Of a stretch of DNA of 64,000 nt, positions 52,914-62,556 are shown one piece after another (the first letter of the stretch is position 1; every line of letters starts with the position of its first letter). Source of the stretch: a virus. The notes beneath the pieces were generated by a model, which saw only the letters and a program-made list of their open reading frames with translations, had not been told where the DNA came from and did not search any database. Location of the stretch: positions 1 through 64,000 of the IMG/VR virus record IMGVR_UViG_3300049911_000129; one strand, 5' to 3'. Both the position numbers and the translations under genes were made by a program.

Positions 52914-53963
52914 ATGTTCGGTAGAGGCGGTAAGGGCTATCCGGACGACAAGGGCTACCCGGGAGATATTCACGGGCGCGACATAGACATAGAGGCGACC
53001 CGAGAGAGGCTTGGCGAGGAGGTTGATCGCGCCAACGATGGGCGGGTGCTGCAGATCGCGCACCACCTGGGCATAGCCCCGGCGTACGTGGAGCCGCCAT
53101 GCTATTGTCATACACGCAGTTGCGCTTGCTGCTGCCACCCGCAGTGTGGGCGGTGTTGCGCCTGCAGCAACGACAAGCGCCCGGACTTCGGGAAGAAGCA
53201 GGTCCGGTGCCTCTGCCAGGTGGTGAGGGGCCAGCAGTATCGGCTGATGCACATCAAGTACGGCGATCACGGTGTTGTGACCGCGACGAGCGGTCCGTAC
53301 ATACGCAGCGGGTCGTGGTGGTTTGACGTGGTGACCTCAAGCGGGTACCACGACCGCCACTCGCTAGTGGACCACAGCGTCGTCCCGATCGTGCGGGGCC
53401 GTTGGAACGAGTCCAACTGGTTGGAGTTCGTCCAGCATGAGACACCCGACGACAAGGGTCGGGCAACCCCGGGCACGCTCTGGCTGTACAAAAAGTACGC
53501 AGAGGCGTTGGCACGGCTCAATGACTGTTGCCGGCGATGTGGGTGCGAGTGCCTGCCGTGCGGGTGCTGTGGCGACCGCTGCTGCCTGTGCTACGTGCGG
53601 CATGACCGCTGCTATGGCGAGTGCTGCAACGGGCCGAACCAGGCAGCGCGCACGAACTACGGGCCGTGCCACGTTCGGTGCCTCTGCCAGGTGGTGAGGG
53701 GCCAGCGCTACCGGCTGCACTTCCAAGGTCTGGGGACCAAGTTGGTGACCGCGACGAGCGGTCCCTACGAGCGCGACGGGTCGCTGTGGTTCGATGCCTG
53801 GTACAACGACTGCGGATTCAAGCGTGAGTGCAAGTACTCGCTCGCGGACCTCGGGGTCGTCCGGAGCAGGTGTGGCGCGAACAGCGGGTGGGGAGGTTGG
53901 GCGCAGGGCGACTGGATGGAACACATAGATCCGGCGCACAGCGGCTACCAACTGGACTACTAG
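52914..53963 (+). CDS. Cys-rich protein with internally duplicated domain
   Basis: Two Cys clusters, each followed by VRCLCQVVRGQ..VTATSGPY..WFD. Confidence 0.6.
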   Translation: MFGRGGKGYPDDKGYPGDIHGRDIDIEATRERLGEEVDRANDGRVLQIAHHLGIAPAYVEPPCYCHTRSCACCCHPQCGRCCACSNDKRPDFGKKQVRCLCQVVRGQQYRLMHIKYGDHGVVTATSGPYIRSGSWWFDVVTSSGYHDRHSLVDHSVVPIVRGRWNESNWLEFVQHETPDDKGRATPGTLWLYKKYAEALARLNDCCRRCGCECLPCGCCGDRCCLCYVRHDRCYGECCNGPNQAARTNYGPCHVRCLCQVVRGQRYRLHFQGLGTKLVTATSGPYERDGSLWFDAWYNDCGFKRECKYSLADLGVVRSRCGANSGWGGWAQGDWMEHIDPAHSGYQLDY

Positions 53964-53970
53964 GATACGG

Positions 53971-54417
53971 TTGATGGTCAAGAGCAGGGTCGAGCTCGGG
54001 GGCGATCTGGCCGAGCCGGTCTACGCGAGGTTGAAGGAGATCTTCGGCGGGCAGTACGGCGACTACGTCGTGCTGCGGCGTCGGATGCACGACCTGGCGG
54101 GGGACTTCGGCGACGCGGACATGGTCGTGGCCGTCGCGCTCGAGATAGTCGAGGTCGATGGCGCGAGGTTCTCCCCCATATCGTCCCTCGCGTTCGTGCA
54201 CTTCGCGTACGTGAGGGAGAAGCTGGGCTGGCCCGACGGGTCCTGGCGCTACGTGAGGTGGCTCTCCGAAGGGGCGGGCGACGAGCGCACGGCGTCCTCC
54301 GTGGACCACTGGCTGTCGAGGTGGCGCGGCGCGTACGAGGACGGCGACCTAGATGCGCAGCTGGGGTGCGCTGCGGCGCTCGAGGGGCTGTGGTCCGAGA
54401 GGGGAGCGGTGATGTGA
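53971..54417 (+). CDS. Hypothetical protein
   Basis: Tight packing. Confidence 0.55.
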   Translation: MMVKSRVELGGDLAEPVYARLKEIFGGQYGDYVVLRRRMHDLAGDFGDADMVVAVALEIVEVDGARFSPISSLAFVHFAYVREKLGWPDGSWRYVRWLSEGAGDERTASSVDHWLSRWRGAYEDGDLDAQLGCAAALEGLWSERGAVM

Positions 54418-54836
54418 GCGAGCTGAGGGTCGGCTACCACTACACCCCATGCGCGATGTGGCCGCAGATAGAGCGCGACGGGCTGGTCCCGCAGCGGGTC
54501 GTCCACCCGGACATCATCAGGCAGTTCCCGAAGCTGCGGGCGACCTGGCTCTGGCCGGAGATGGAGGTTGGCGACGCCCATCTGGGGAACCTCATGCGGC
54601 AGGTCGCGGTCCACTGCTCCACGCGCACGGTCCTCCTCGAAGTGCGATACCGATCAATTGACGTGTTCAGGCCCGACCTCATATTTGATCACAGCGCTGC
54701 GGTCGGCGCCTGGGTCTACCACGTGGCCGAACCGGGTATTCTAATAATGCGGCGGGTACCGCCGTCTCGGCTTAAGGTGCTCGGCGTATACGACCTGGCG
54801 CTACTGTTGACGCCGTTGGAGGGGATCAGTGCCTGA
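54414..54836 (+). CDS. ADP-ribosyltransferase-fold-like protein
   Basis: YHYT....QIERDGLVP..WL..VLLEV..RRVPPSRL. Confidence 0.5.
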   Translation: MSELRVGYHYTPCAMWPQIERDGLVPQRVVHPDIIRQFPKLRATWLWPEMEVGDAHLGNLMRQVAVHCSTRTVLLEVRYRSIDVFRPDLIFDHSAAVGAWVYHVAEPGILIMRRVPPSRLKVLGVYDLALLLTPLEGISA

Positions 54837-56103
54837 CCTGACGCCCGCGGAAGTGGAGCGCCTCGCGCTGTCTGCAATGAGGACGGCTGACGCCGTCCAG
54901 TGGGCGCTCAAGCGCGGACTTGCCGTAGAGGCTTTCCAGACGGAGGCGGGTGCGGCCGTGTGGTCGCTGCTCAGGGAGCGGGCGCTCTCCGGCTCGCCGC
55001 TGCCGGGACCCGATGACTTGAGGGCCCTCGGGCTGGAGCCGGCCGAGGGGGCGAGGGACTTCCAGACGTACGTCGAGGAGTTGGTCCGCGCCGGCGTGGC
55101 GAGCCAGGCGCGCGCGTCGCTGATGTCGCGGGTCCAGAAGCTGGACGAGGATCCGGAGGGTACCGTCAGGGCCATTGCGGCCGACATGGCGGGACTGTCC
55201 CTCGGGACCGACCTCCACGTCGGCATGTCCGACAGGGACGCCGCCGACCGCCTCGTGCTGATCCGCGAGCGGGTGGAGGCGAAGTCGGCCGGGCGCTCGC
55301 TGGGCATACCGACCGGACTGCCGGTGTTCGACGACATAGGAGGCGAGTGGCGGCCGGGCGAGGTGGCGACCGTCATGGGCGCGACCGGGTCTGGAAAGAG
55401 CTTCATGCTCGTGTACTGGTGCTGCGTAGCGTACGCGGCCGGGAGGCGGGTCCTCCTGCTGTCGCCCGAGAACACGAAGACCGACATGGAGTGGCGCGTC
55501 GATGTCATTCTGTCCAGGCTCGACTCCGAGGACTGGGGGCTGACGCTGGACGACCTCAGGATGGGCACAGTGGACGTCGCGGCGTATGAGAAGTGGCTCG
55601 ACAGGTTCGGGATCCGGGACGACTGGATCACTGTCGACTCCGGGGAGGGCGGCGGGGCGTTCACCGCGGACGACGTGGTGGCCCTCGCGCGCGAGCACAG
55701 GCCGGACATCCTGGCGTTGGACGGCTTCCACCTGCTGGCCGGCAAGGGCAAGAGCTGGGAGGTCATGTTCGACGCCGGCAAGAGGATCAAGGGGCTCGCC
55801 CAGGGGCTGGGGATCCCGATACTCTGCGCGACCCAGGCGACGAGGGAGGCGTCGGTCATACAGGAGGACACTCCGGAGCTGAGCCAGGCGGCCTACGGCT
55901 ACGCCATCATGGAGGACTCCAACAGGGTCGTCGGCATGGCGCGCCAGCGCGGCAACAAGGGCAGGCGCATCTTCAGGGTAACCAAGTGGAGGGATGGCCC
56001 CGATGTCACGCAGAGGCAGTACCTGAGTTTCGACGTCAACAGGGGGATGATCAGGCAGGTTACGGCGAGGGAGGGGGCGGACGGGCAGGTTGACTTCGTA
56101 TGA
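54829..56103 (+). CDS. dnaB: Replicative DNA helicase, DnaB-like
   Basis: GIPTG, GATGSGKS (Walker A), LSPE, LDGFHL, TQA.R, ED, KWRDG. Confidence 0.9.
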   Translation: MPDLTPAEVERLALSAMRTADAVQWALKRGLAVEAFQTEAGAAVWSLLRERALSGSPLPGPDDLRALGLEPAEGARDFQTYVEELVRAGVASQARASLMSRVQKLDEDPEGTVRAIAADMAGLSLGTDLHVGMSDRDAADRLVLIRERVEAKSAGRSLGIPTGLPVFDDIGGEWRPGEVATVMGATGSGKSFMLVYWCCVAYAAGRRVLLLSPENTKTDMEWRVDVILSRLDSEDWGLTLDDLRMGTVDVAAYEKWLDRFGIRDDWITVDSGEGGGAFTADDVVALAREHRPDILALDGFHLLAGKGKSWEVMFDAGKRIKGLAQGLGIPILCATQATREASVIQEDTPELSQAAYGYAIMEDSNRVVGMARQRGNKGRRIFRVTKWRDGPDVTQRQYLSFDVNRGMIRQVTAREGADGQVDFV

Positions 56104-56167
56104 TGATTGCGGAAGACCGATCGAAGAATACCCGCGGGGGACGCGCGGATGACGAGGGAGGCATGAG

Positions 56168-56500
56168 ATGATGGGACCGTGTACCGGGGCGACCGGGGCG
56201 AAGGCGCCCTCATGGGAGGAGCAGCGGGAGAAGGCGGCCCTGACCGGTGAGGTGCTGCTATGCAAGGCGAAGATGCTGGTCGAGGAGGCCGGGATACCGG
56301 GGCTCCAGATCTACACGATCACGGAGGGGCTCGAGTCGCCCGTGCTGCACAGGCGCAGCATACTGGGGCTTGTCGTAGACCAGCGGTACGGGGACTGGGT
56401 CCTGCAGACGCTGCACGACGACGACGGCGAGGAGCGCGCGACGACCATCTCCGAGCACGAGGCGGCGGACGTCCTCCAGCAGCTACTGGAGCTGGTGTGA
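56168..56500 (+). CDS. Hypothetical protein
   Basis: GGGAGG RBS. Confidence 0.55.
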   Translation: MMGPCTGATGAKAPSWEEQREKAALTGEVLLCKAKMLVEEAGIPGLQIYTITEGLESPVLHRRSILGLVVDQRYGDWVLQTLHDDDGEERATTISEHEAADVLQQLLELV

Positions 56501-56715
56501 TGGCCGACCCGACGGTCGAGGACGACGTCCTCCAGCTCGGAGACGTGGAGACGAGGCGCGGGCTCTACGAGGCGATGACTACGTCGTTCGAGGCCGTGTT
56601 GGCCGCCATGCCGCACATCGGGTGCGACGCGTGCAAGGCGCCGAGGGAGGTCAAGCGGTGCAGGTGCCAGTGCCACATCGACTACTACGTGGAGGACCTG
56701 CCGCTCTATGGCTGA
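56500..56715 (+). CDS. Small Cys-rich protein
   Basis: TGATG coupling; CDAC..CRCQCH. Confidence 0.5.
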   Translation: MADPTVEDDVLQLGDVETRRGLYEAMTTSFEAVLAAMPHIGCDACKAPREVKRCRCQCHIDYYVEDLPLYG

Positions 56716-56905
56716 TCTGATAAGGGTAAAGCTAGTGAGATACGTGGACCGGAGCGCCAGGGAGTTCGTGGCCATCGTGGTGGACGAGGACCTGAGCGAG
56801 TTCGAGGGCGGCGGGTACGCCCTGGCCGGTATCGTCGAGTTCGACGTCGACGGGGACTCCATCAGGGATTTCCCGATAGACCGGACACTGGTCGAGGAGC
56901 GCTGA
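56708..56905 (+). CDS. Hypothetical protein
   Basis: GGAGG RBS. Confidence 0.55.
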   Translation: MADLIRVKLVRYVDRSAREFVAIVVDEDLSEFEGGGYALAGIVEFDVDGDSIRDFPIDRTLVEER

Positions 56906-56907
56906 CA

Positions 56908-57333
56908 GTGGCGGATCGGGTCAGCCAGGAGGTGAGGAGCAGGATGATGTCGCGCATACGCGGGCGAGACACCGGCCCGGAGCTGGCGGTCAGGCGTGCG
57001 CTGCACGCGTGGGGCTACCGCTTCCGGGTGTGCTGCGCCGACCTTCCGGGCAAGCCCGACATCTGCTTCCACGCCAGGAGGCACGCGGTCTTCGTGCACG
57101 GCGACTTTTGGCACAGGTGCCCAATTCATACGCATAAGAAGAGGGTCGCGTCCAACGTCAGGTTTTGGGAGGAGAAGTTCGAGAGGAACGTCGAGCGCGA
57201 CGCGCGGGTCGCGGCCGAGCTCAGGGCGCTCGGCTGGACGGTGCACGTGATCTGGGAGTGCGAGGTGAAGGACAGGGGCAAGCTGCTGAAGCTGGCGGCG
57301 GCGCTGGGTCCGCCGAGGTTGCGACATGGCTAG
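56908..57333 (+). CDS. vsr: Very short patch repair endonuclease
   Basis: RSRMMSRIRG.DT.PE, LPGKPD, FVHGDFWH, FWEEK..RNVERD, GW.V..IWEC. Confidence 0.95.
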   Translation: MADRVSQEVRSRMMSRIRGRDTGPELAVRRALHAWGYRFRVCCADLPGKPDICFHARRHAVFVHGDFWHRCPIHTHKKRVASNVRFWEEKFERNVERDARVAAELRALGWTVHVIWECEVKDRGKLLKLAAALGPPRLRHG

Positions 57334-58288
57334 CGGGGCCGACAGGCTGCGCAAGCTGGTGGCGGCGTCGTCCGGGCCTGACGTCCTCGCGGTCCTAGAG
57401 ACGCTCGGCATCGAGGTCGTGCGCGTGGAGCAGAAGAAGCGCGACCCATGGGCGATGTGCCTCTGCCCGTTCCACGACGATCATGACCCATCGTTCGCCA
57501 TCGCCATCGAGAACGGTTACTGGGTGTGCTACGCCAGCTGCGGGGTAGGTCGCCTCGCCGAGCTCGTGGCGAGGGTCAAGGGGATAACGGAGGCTGAGGC
57601 CGACATCTGGCTCGGGTCGGTCAAGGCGCCGGACCCCGGCAATGAAGCGTTGAGGAAGGCCATAGTCGGAACGGGCATCGCGGTGGCGGAAGGTCCGCCG
57701 GTGATGCCGGAGTACGAGCATGGGCAGACGTACAAGTACATGGAGGGGCGTGGTTTCGAGCCTGCGACGCTGAGGGCATGGGACGTGGGGATGGACAAGG
57801 TGCGGGCCGCTGTCGTGATGCCGATCACGTTCCGCGGCAGGATAGAGGGATTGGTGTACAGGTACGTCAACCCGCTCACGTCGCCCAAGTACGTCTACAC
57901 GGCCGGCCTCAAGGCGGGTGAGGTGCTGTTCGGCTGGGACATGATACCGGACGCACCAGACGAGATAGTACTCGTCGAGGGGCCACTGGATGCCATGTGG
58001 CTGTGGCAGTGCGGGATACCGGGGGTCGCACTGCTCGGGGCGCAGATCTCGAGGGCGCAGGCGTCGCTCATCGCCGGCCGCACGAGGGGGGCCGTGCTTG
58101 CGCTCGACATGGACGAGGCGGGTCAGAGGGGCGTGGCGCAGGCTGCGAGGCTCCTCGGCCACAGGATGCGCGTCAGGGCGGCCATCCTGCCGCCCGGCAA
58201 GAAGGATGTCCAGGAGTGCGGGTGCATAGAGCTGAAGGTCGTGGTGTCCCAGGCGGTCGACGTGGCCACAATCGGGTTCCCGAAATGA
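57326..58288 (+). CDS. dnaG: DNA primase (CHC2 Zn finger plus TOPRIM)
   Basis: CPFHDD..PSF..CYASC; PKY; LVEGPLD; LDMDEAG; KKD. Confidence 0.9.
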   Translation: MASGADRLRKLVAASSGPDVLAVLETLGIEVVRVEQKKRDPWAMCLCPFHDDHDPSFAIAIENGYWVCYASCGVGRLAELVARVKGITEAEADIWLGSVKAPDPGNEALRKAIVGTGIAVAEGPPVMPEYEHGQTYKYMEGRGFEPATLRAWDVGMDKVRAAVVMPITFRGRIEGLVYRYVNPLTSPKYVYTAGLKAGEVLFGWDMIPDAPDEIVLVEGPLDAMWLWQCGIPGVALLGAQISRAQASLIAGRTRGAVLALDMDEAGQRGVAQAARLLGHRMRVRAAILPPGKKDVQECGCIELKVVVSQAVDVATIGFPK

Positions 58289-58320
58289 TGCCGCCATGTA
58301 GGCCCCCATCGCCCCCCGAC

Positions 58321-58337
58321 TGTGGTATAATATGATA
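58321..58337 (+). promoter_or_regulatory. Extended -10 promoter (TGnTATAAT)
   Basis: tgtggtataatatgata; related motifs at 46482, 51670 and 63388. Confidence 0.6.
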
Positions 58338-58356
58338 AGGAAAGGTTGGCAAGGCA

Positions 58357-59097
58357 GTGGATCTTGAAGGGAGTGGTCATGTGAGCATCCAGGTAGGCGA
58401 TAAGCACAGCAACTTGCTGGGCGAGTACACGGCCGTCAAGATCGACGGGGACGATCTCTTCGTCGAGTACACCAGCAGGCCCGGCATCAGGGTCAAGACG
58501 AGCCTCGTCGTGCAGGAGCGGATAGTCGAGAACCTCGCTCGCAAGGAGATGCTGAGGACGAGGCCACCGGAGCCGTCGAGGCGGTCGCGCCGCAGTTCGA
58601 CGTTCCAGCCGTTCCGCCCGGCCAAGGCCGATTGGGCGCGGACACCGCTCTACTACCGGACAGTGGGGCTCCTCGCGGCCAACGCGAGCAACTTCACGTG
58701 CGCCGTACCCCACAAGGACATCGACCGGTTCCAGGCGACGTACCGCTCGCTGACCGGAGAGACCGCCGGTTACGACACGCCGGGTATCTCTGAACGAGAC
58801 GTGACGGACATGCGCCGGGACTGGTTGAGGTACGTCTGGTTGAGCTGGAAGATCTCGTTCAACGCCGACGACCACACGGTATTCCGCATACACCTCATGA
58901 GCCAGGAGATACGCGTCGCCAACCCAGATGACGGGTACCCGACGCGGCGCCTCATATCCAACAACGCGCTGTGCTGGGAGCTGGTCGACCTGGGGTTCAG
59001 GCCGGGGCTCAAGCATCAGGACGTGGACGCGATAAGGGCGCTGGTGCCGGCGACGCAGCGGGCGGAGTTCGACCGGGGGTTGGCGGGGTACGTGTGA
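58357..59097 (+). CDS. Hypothetical protein
   Basis: Follows the promoter and AAGGAAAGG. Confidence 0.6.
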   Translation: MDLEGSGHVSIQVGDKHSNLLGEYTAVKIDGDDLFVEYTSRPGIRVKTSLVVQERIVENLARKEMLRTRPPEPSRRSRRSSTFQPFRPAKADWARTPLYYRTVGLLAANASNFTCAVPHKDIDRFQATYRSLTGETAGYDTPGISERDVTDMRRDWLRYVWLSWKISFNADDHTVFRIHLMSQEIRVANPDDGYPTRRLISNNALCWELVDLGFRPGLKHQDVDAIRALVPATQRAEFDRGLAGYV

Positions 59098-59098
59098 T

Positions 59099-59725
59099 AT
59101 GGACCCCACGGAGTTCGCCCAGCAGTACGAGCCGTTCATAGCAGCGACGGTCAGACGGTGGGGCATCCCCGGCTGCGACGACGACGACAAGCGCAGCGAG
59201 ATATACCACGTGCTCGTCAAGTGCGCCAAGGGGTACGACCAGGCGTCCGGCGTCCCGTTCTTCTTCTACTTCAGGTCGGCGGTGGCCAACCACCTCGGGA
59301 AGGTGTTGACGAGGGGACTCGCCAGGCGCGGGCTGTTGGCTGAGTACAGCTCGCTGTTTCTCTGCGGCATGGGCGAGTTCTACGACGACGACCCAGAGCT
59401 CCGGCAGATCCCGGACCCCAGCCCCGGGCCGGACAGGCTCGCCGAGTCGTCAGAGTTCATGGAGAGGCTCAATAGGCTCAGCCCGGTCGCGCGCGCCTAC
59501 ATCAGTTGGCGCAGGCTGGGTCCACACTGCGAGCTGCGCGACCCGGTCGACATTAGACTGACTGCGGCGCAGCGCCGGACCGCCAGGGCAGAGCTCAAGA
59601 GGGAGTTGGCCGAGGAACTGCGCGAGTGGCGCAACAGCCTCAGGGTTCCGGTGGACCGCGACGGGAAGCCGGTGCGGAACGTGGCTTCGGCGGTGCGCTG
59701 GGTGCGAGCCGAGCAGATAACGTAG
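59099..59725 (+). CDS. Sigma-70-like factor (region 2)
   Basis: QYEPFI..VRR..DDDD..SE..LVKCAKGYD..GVPF..YF...V.N. Confidence 0.65.
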   Translation: MDPTEFAQQYEPFIAATVRRWGIPGCDDDDKRSEIYHVLVKCAKGYDQASGVPFFFYFRSAVANHLGKVLTRGLARRGLLAEYSSLFLCGMGEFYDDDPELRQIPDPSPGPDRLAESSEFMERLNRLSPVARAYISWRRLGPHCELRDPVDIRLTAAQRRTARAELKRELAEELREWRNSLRVPVDRDGKPVRNVASAVRWVRAEQIT

Positions 59726-59754
59726 AGACGGAATGGCATATAGGAGGTATCGAC

Positions 59755-60498
59755 ATGGGTGACAGGGGACTCAACTACCTGATGGGGATGCGCGACAGGT
59801 TCGCGTACCAGGGCGGGAAGATCCGGAAGCTGTGGCTGACCGGCGACGGCGACGTGGCCAAGTTCCGGGTGCTGACCGAGGGGGACGCGATGTTCAGTCA
59901 CGTCTTCCACGAAGTGAAGGTCCAGTCTACCAGGAAGGACTTCACGAAGGACGTGATCTGCTCGCGCAGGCTGGACGATGACTGGAACTTCATCGACCCG
60001 ATCGAGTCGTGCGCGCAGTGCGTCGCCGGCCTGTACGTGAAGCCCAAGGCCGTGCTTTGGGTCTTCGTCGAGGCGATAGCGCACAACAGCCCGGCGCAGG
60101 ACGGGAGCTGGCCGCTCGGCAAGCGCGGACTGCTGAACGTCTACATCGAGACGGTCAACGAGCTGCGCCTGTGGCTGCTTCGCGACCGGATGATAGACAC
60201 CGTCGTCAAGCGGTACGGTGAGAACGGGTCGCTCGTAGACCGCGACTGGGAGCTCGAGCGGCAGGGCGTGACTGGCAAGGGCCCGGTCTCGTACACGCTC
60301 ATCGGAAAGGACGCGGCACCGCCGAGCGCGGCGTGCCAGAAGGCGATAGCGGAGCTGAGGCCGCTCGAGGAGGTTGTCCTCGAGGAGTTCGGAGACCGCA
60401 AGCCGGGCGCGCCACAGCAGGCAGTCGTCGAGCCGATCGTGGGGCCGACAAACTCCTCGGGCGGCGGGACGGGCCTCGACGAGGTTACGACGTTCTGA
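59755..60498 (+). CDS. Single-stranded DNA-binding protein (gp32-like)
   Basis: L..DGD..KFR.L..H..C..C..C, DRDW.L.RQG..Y, acidic-aromatic tail (LDEVTTF); AGGAGG RBS. Confidence 0.65.
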   Translation: MGDRGLNYLMGMRDRFAYQGGKIRKLWLTGDGDVAKFRVLTEGDAMFSHVFHEVKVQSTRKDFTKDVICSRRLDDDWNFIDPIESCAQCVAGLYVKPKAVLWVFVEAIAHNSPAQDGSWPLGKRGLLNVYIETVNELRLWLLRDRMIDTVVKRYGENGSLVDRDWELERQGVTGKGPVSYTLIGKDAAPPSAACQKAIAELRPLEEVVLEEFGDRKPGAPQQAVVEPIVGPTNSSGGGTGLDEVTTF

Positions 60499-60944
60499 TG
60501 GCCGAGGAGCCGCTGATGGTCTCGGTCTCGCTCGGGGCCACAATCCCGACCGGCGACTACGGCAACCTGAAGCCGCAGCTGGAGATCCACAACGTGCGGC
60601 TGGACCAGCCGCTGGAGCCCCAGCTGGAGCAGGCGCTCGCGGCCGGCCGGGCGGCGTGGCTCGCCATCGATAGTGAGATAGAGGTCCGCATCACGGAGAT
60701 GCTGTCAGTCAGCGCGGGCGGGCAGGCAGGGGTCGGCGTTCGCGAGCGGCTCGCGGCTCTGGAGGCGTTCATGTCCGTGGTCGGCCCGAGCGTCAAGAAC
60801 ATCGCGGAGGAGGTGCGCAAGCACAAGGCCGCGCTGGAGAAGCCGAAGAAGGCGAAGAAGGCGAAGGTGAAGAAGGGGGTGGCAGTTGAGCACGGTCAGG
60901 ATAGTGGAGATAGCGCACGGGAGGCCGGTGATGGACAGAGCTAA
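60498..60944 (+). CDS. Hypothetical protein
   Basis: SVSLGATIPTGDYGNL motif; TGATG coupling. Confidence 0.6.
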   Translation: MAEEPLMVSVSLGATIPTGDYGNLKPQLEIHNVRLDQPLEPQLEQALAAGRAAWLAIDSEIEVRITEMLSVSAGGQAGVGVRERLAALEAFMSVVGPSVKNIAEEVRKHKAALEKPKKAKKAKVKKGVAVEHGQDSGDSAREAGDGQS

Positions 60945-61191
60945 GATAGTGGGCTACAGCGACAAGGTCGGCATGGTTGGCCTGCTCGCGTTCTACGCGT
61001 TCCACTTGTGGAACCTGCTGTGGACCAGGGAGACGGCCGGGCTGTCGCTACCGGCGTTCTCTTGCCTGCTGGTCGGGTGCGTCGCGTTCACGGTCCTCGG
61101 GGCCGCGACCGGCAAGGTCGGGCTGCTCGTGGCGAACGGCCTGGCCACGATCGTGACGACGATAACGCTGGGGTTCATTCTGTGGGCCTGA
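60931..61191 (+). CDS. Small 3-TM membrane protein, SemiSWEET/PQ-loop-like
   Basis: Three hydrophobic helices; TRETAGLS..F....G....VANG pattern. No PQ motif. Confidence 0.5.
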   Translation: MDRAKIVGYSDKVGMVGLLAFYAFHLWNLLWTRETAGLSLPAFSCLLVGCVAFTVLGAATGKVGLLVANGLATIVTTITLGFILWA

Positions 61192-61391
61192 CGCCGTTCA
61201 AGTCGCGCTGCCACTCCGACAAGTGCGACGGGCGAGAGCGGGAGTTCGAGAGGCCGCGCAAGATCATGCGCCTGTCGGACGCCGCGGTGGAGGCGCTCAA
61301 GGTCAGGTTCGCCTGCAAGGTGTGCCACGTCGACCAGGATTTCGTCATGACGCCGGCCAACGCGCTGAAGGCCGGACTGAAGAGCGTATGA
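61182..61391 (+). CDS. Small Zn-finger protein
   Basis: CHSDKC...CKVC. Confidence 0.45.
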   Translation: MGLTPFKSRCHSDKCDGREREFERPRKIMRLSDAAVEALKVRFACKVCHVDQDFVMTPANALKAGLKSV

Positions 61392-62383
61392 GCGACGAGA
61401 AGGTGCTGGACAGGGCCGGGCTGGAGATCCTGAGGGCCGAGCTGTCGAAGGACAAGTCCGTCGGCGGCATGCTCTTCTGGGGCAGCGACGAGCGCCTGGT
61501 GATCGAGTGGCTGCCGACCGGGATCGCGCCGTTCGACGCGGCCATGGGCGGAGGCTTCGCCTTCGGCCGGATAACCGAGCTGATCGGCGCGTTCTCCTCC
61601 GGCAAGACGCTGCTCGCGTACATGGCCGTCGTCCAGGCGCAGGCCCGCGGGCTGACAGCGTGCTTCGTGGACGTGGAGAAGTCATACGACCCCGAGTGGG
61701 CGAAGACCCTCGGGGTGAACACCGACGACCTATTGGTCGCGCGGCCGCGGTCCGGCGAGCAGGCCTGGGACATGGTCGAGCAGATGTGCCTCGCCGGCGT
61801 CGGGGTCGTCGTCATGGACAGCATCGCGCAGCTCGTGCCGACGGCGGAGGCCGAGGGCGGGATGGACGATCTCCAGGTCGGCGCCCAGGCGCGCCTCGTC
61901 AACAAGGGGCTGCGCAAGGTCACGCTCGCCAACGAGAAGACCATCGTCATCCTCATAAACCAGCTGCGGTCGGCCGTAGGCGTCAGGTACGGGAACCCGG
62001 AGGTCCTGCCCGGCGGCAAGGGCCAGGGATTCGTCGCGAGCCAGCTCGTGCGCGTGAGGCGCGGGGACTGGATCGAGGAGGGTACCGGCGACCACAAGCG
62101 GCGCATCGGATACATACTCATGATACGGGTAGAGAAGTCGAAGCTGGGCGAGCCGTGGCGGGAGGGGAGCGTCCCGTTCTTCTTCACCGGCCAGATGGAC
62201 GAGGCCGCCGCGATGGCCCCGCTGGCCGTGGAGCTCGGGATCGTCACCAAGAGGGGCGCGACATACACGCTGCCCAACGGCGACCGGATCATCGGGATGG
62301 CGAAGCTCAGGGAGGCCATATCGGCCGACGAGGGGCTGCAGGCCGAACTGCGGCAGAAGATAGCGGAGGTTCCGGAGTTCTGA
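61388..62383 (+). CDS. recA: RecA recombinase
   Basis: GRITELIG..SSGKT, FVDVE, VMDSIA, VGAQARL, INQLR, PGG. Confidence 0.95.
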   Translation: MSDEKVLDRAGLEILRAELSKDKSVGGMLFWGSDERLVIEWLPTGIAPFDAAMGGGFAFGRITELIGAFSSGKTLLAYMAVVQAQARGLTACFVDVEKSYDPEWAKTLGVNTDDLLVARPRSGEQAWDMVEQMCLAGVGVVVMDSIAQLVPTAEAEGGMDDLQVGAQARLVNKGLRKVTLANEKTIVILINQLRSAVGVRYGNPEVLPGGKGQGFVASQLVRVRRGDWIEEGTGDHKRRIGYILMIRVEKSKLGEPWREGSVPFFFTGQMDEAAAMAPLAVELGIVTKRGATYTLPNGDRIIGMAKLREAISADEGLQAELRQKIAEVPEF

Positions 62384-62556
62384 TGCGCCAGAGACTGACA
62401 ATCATCCTGAAGCGCGAGGGCGGGCGCGGCGACCACGTGGAGCGCGGCGAGTGCCTCCTCTACGTGGACGAGACCCCGCGCATCCTGACGCGCGGCAAGA
62501 ACAAGGCCGGCAAGCGGCGACAGGGAAAGCAGCGCCCGAAGGTAGTGGATGCCTGA
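62383..62556 (+). CDS. Small basic protein
   Basis: TGATG coupling. Confidence 0.4.
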   Translation: MRQRLTIILKREGGRGDHVERGECLLYVDETPRILTRGKNKAGKRRQGKQRPKVVDA

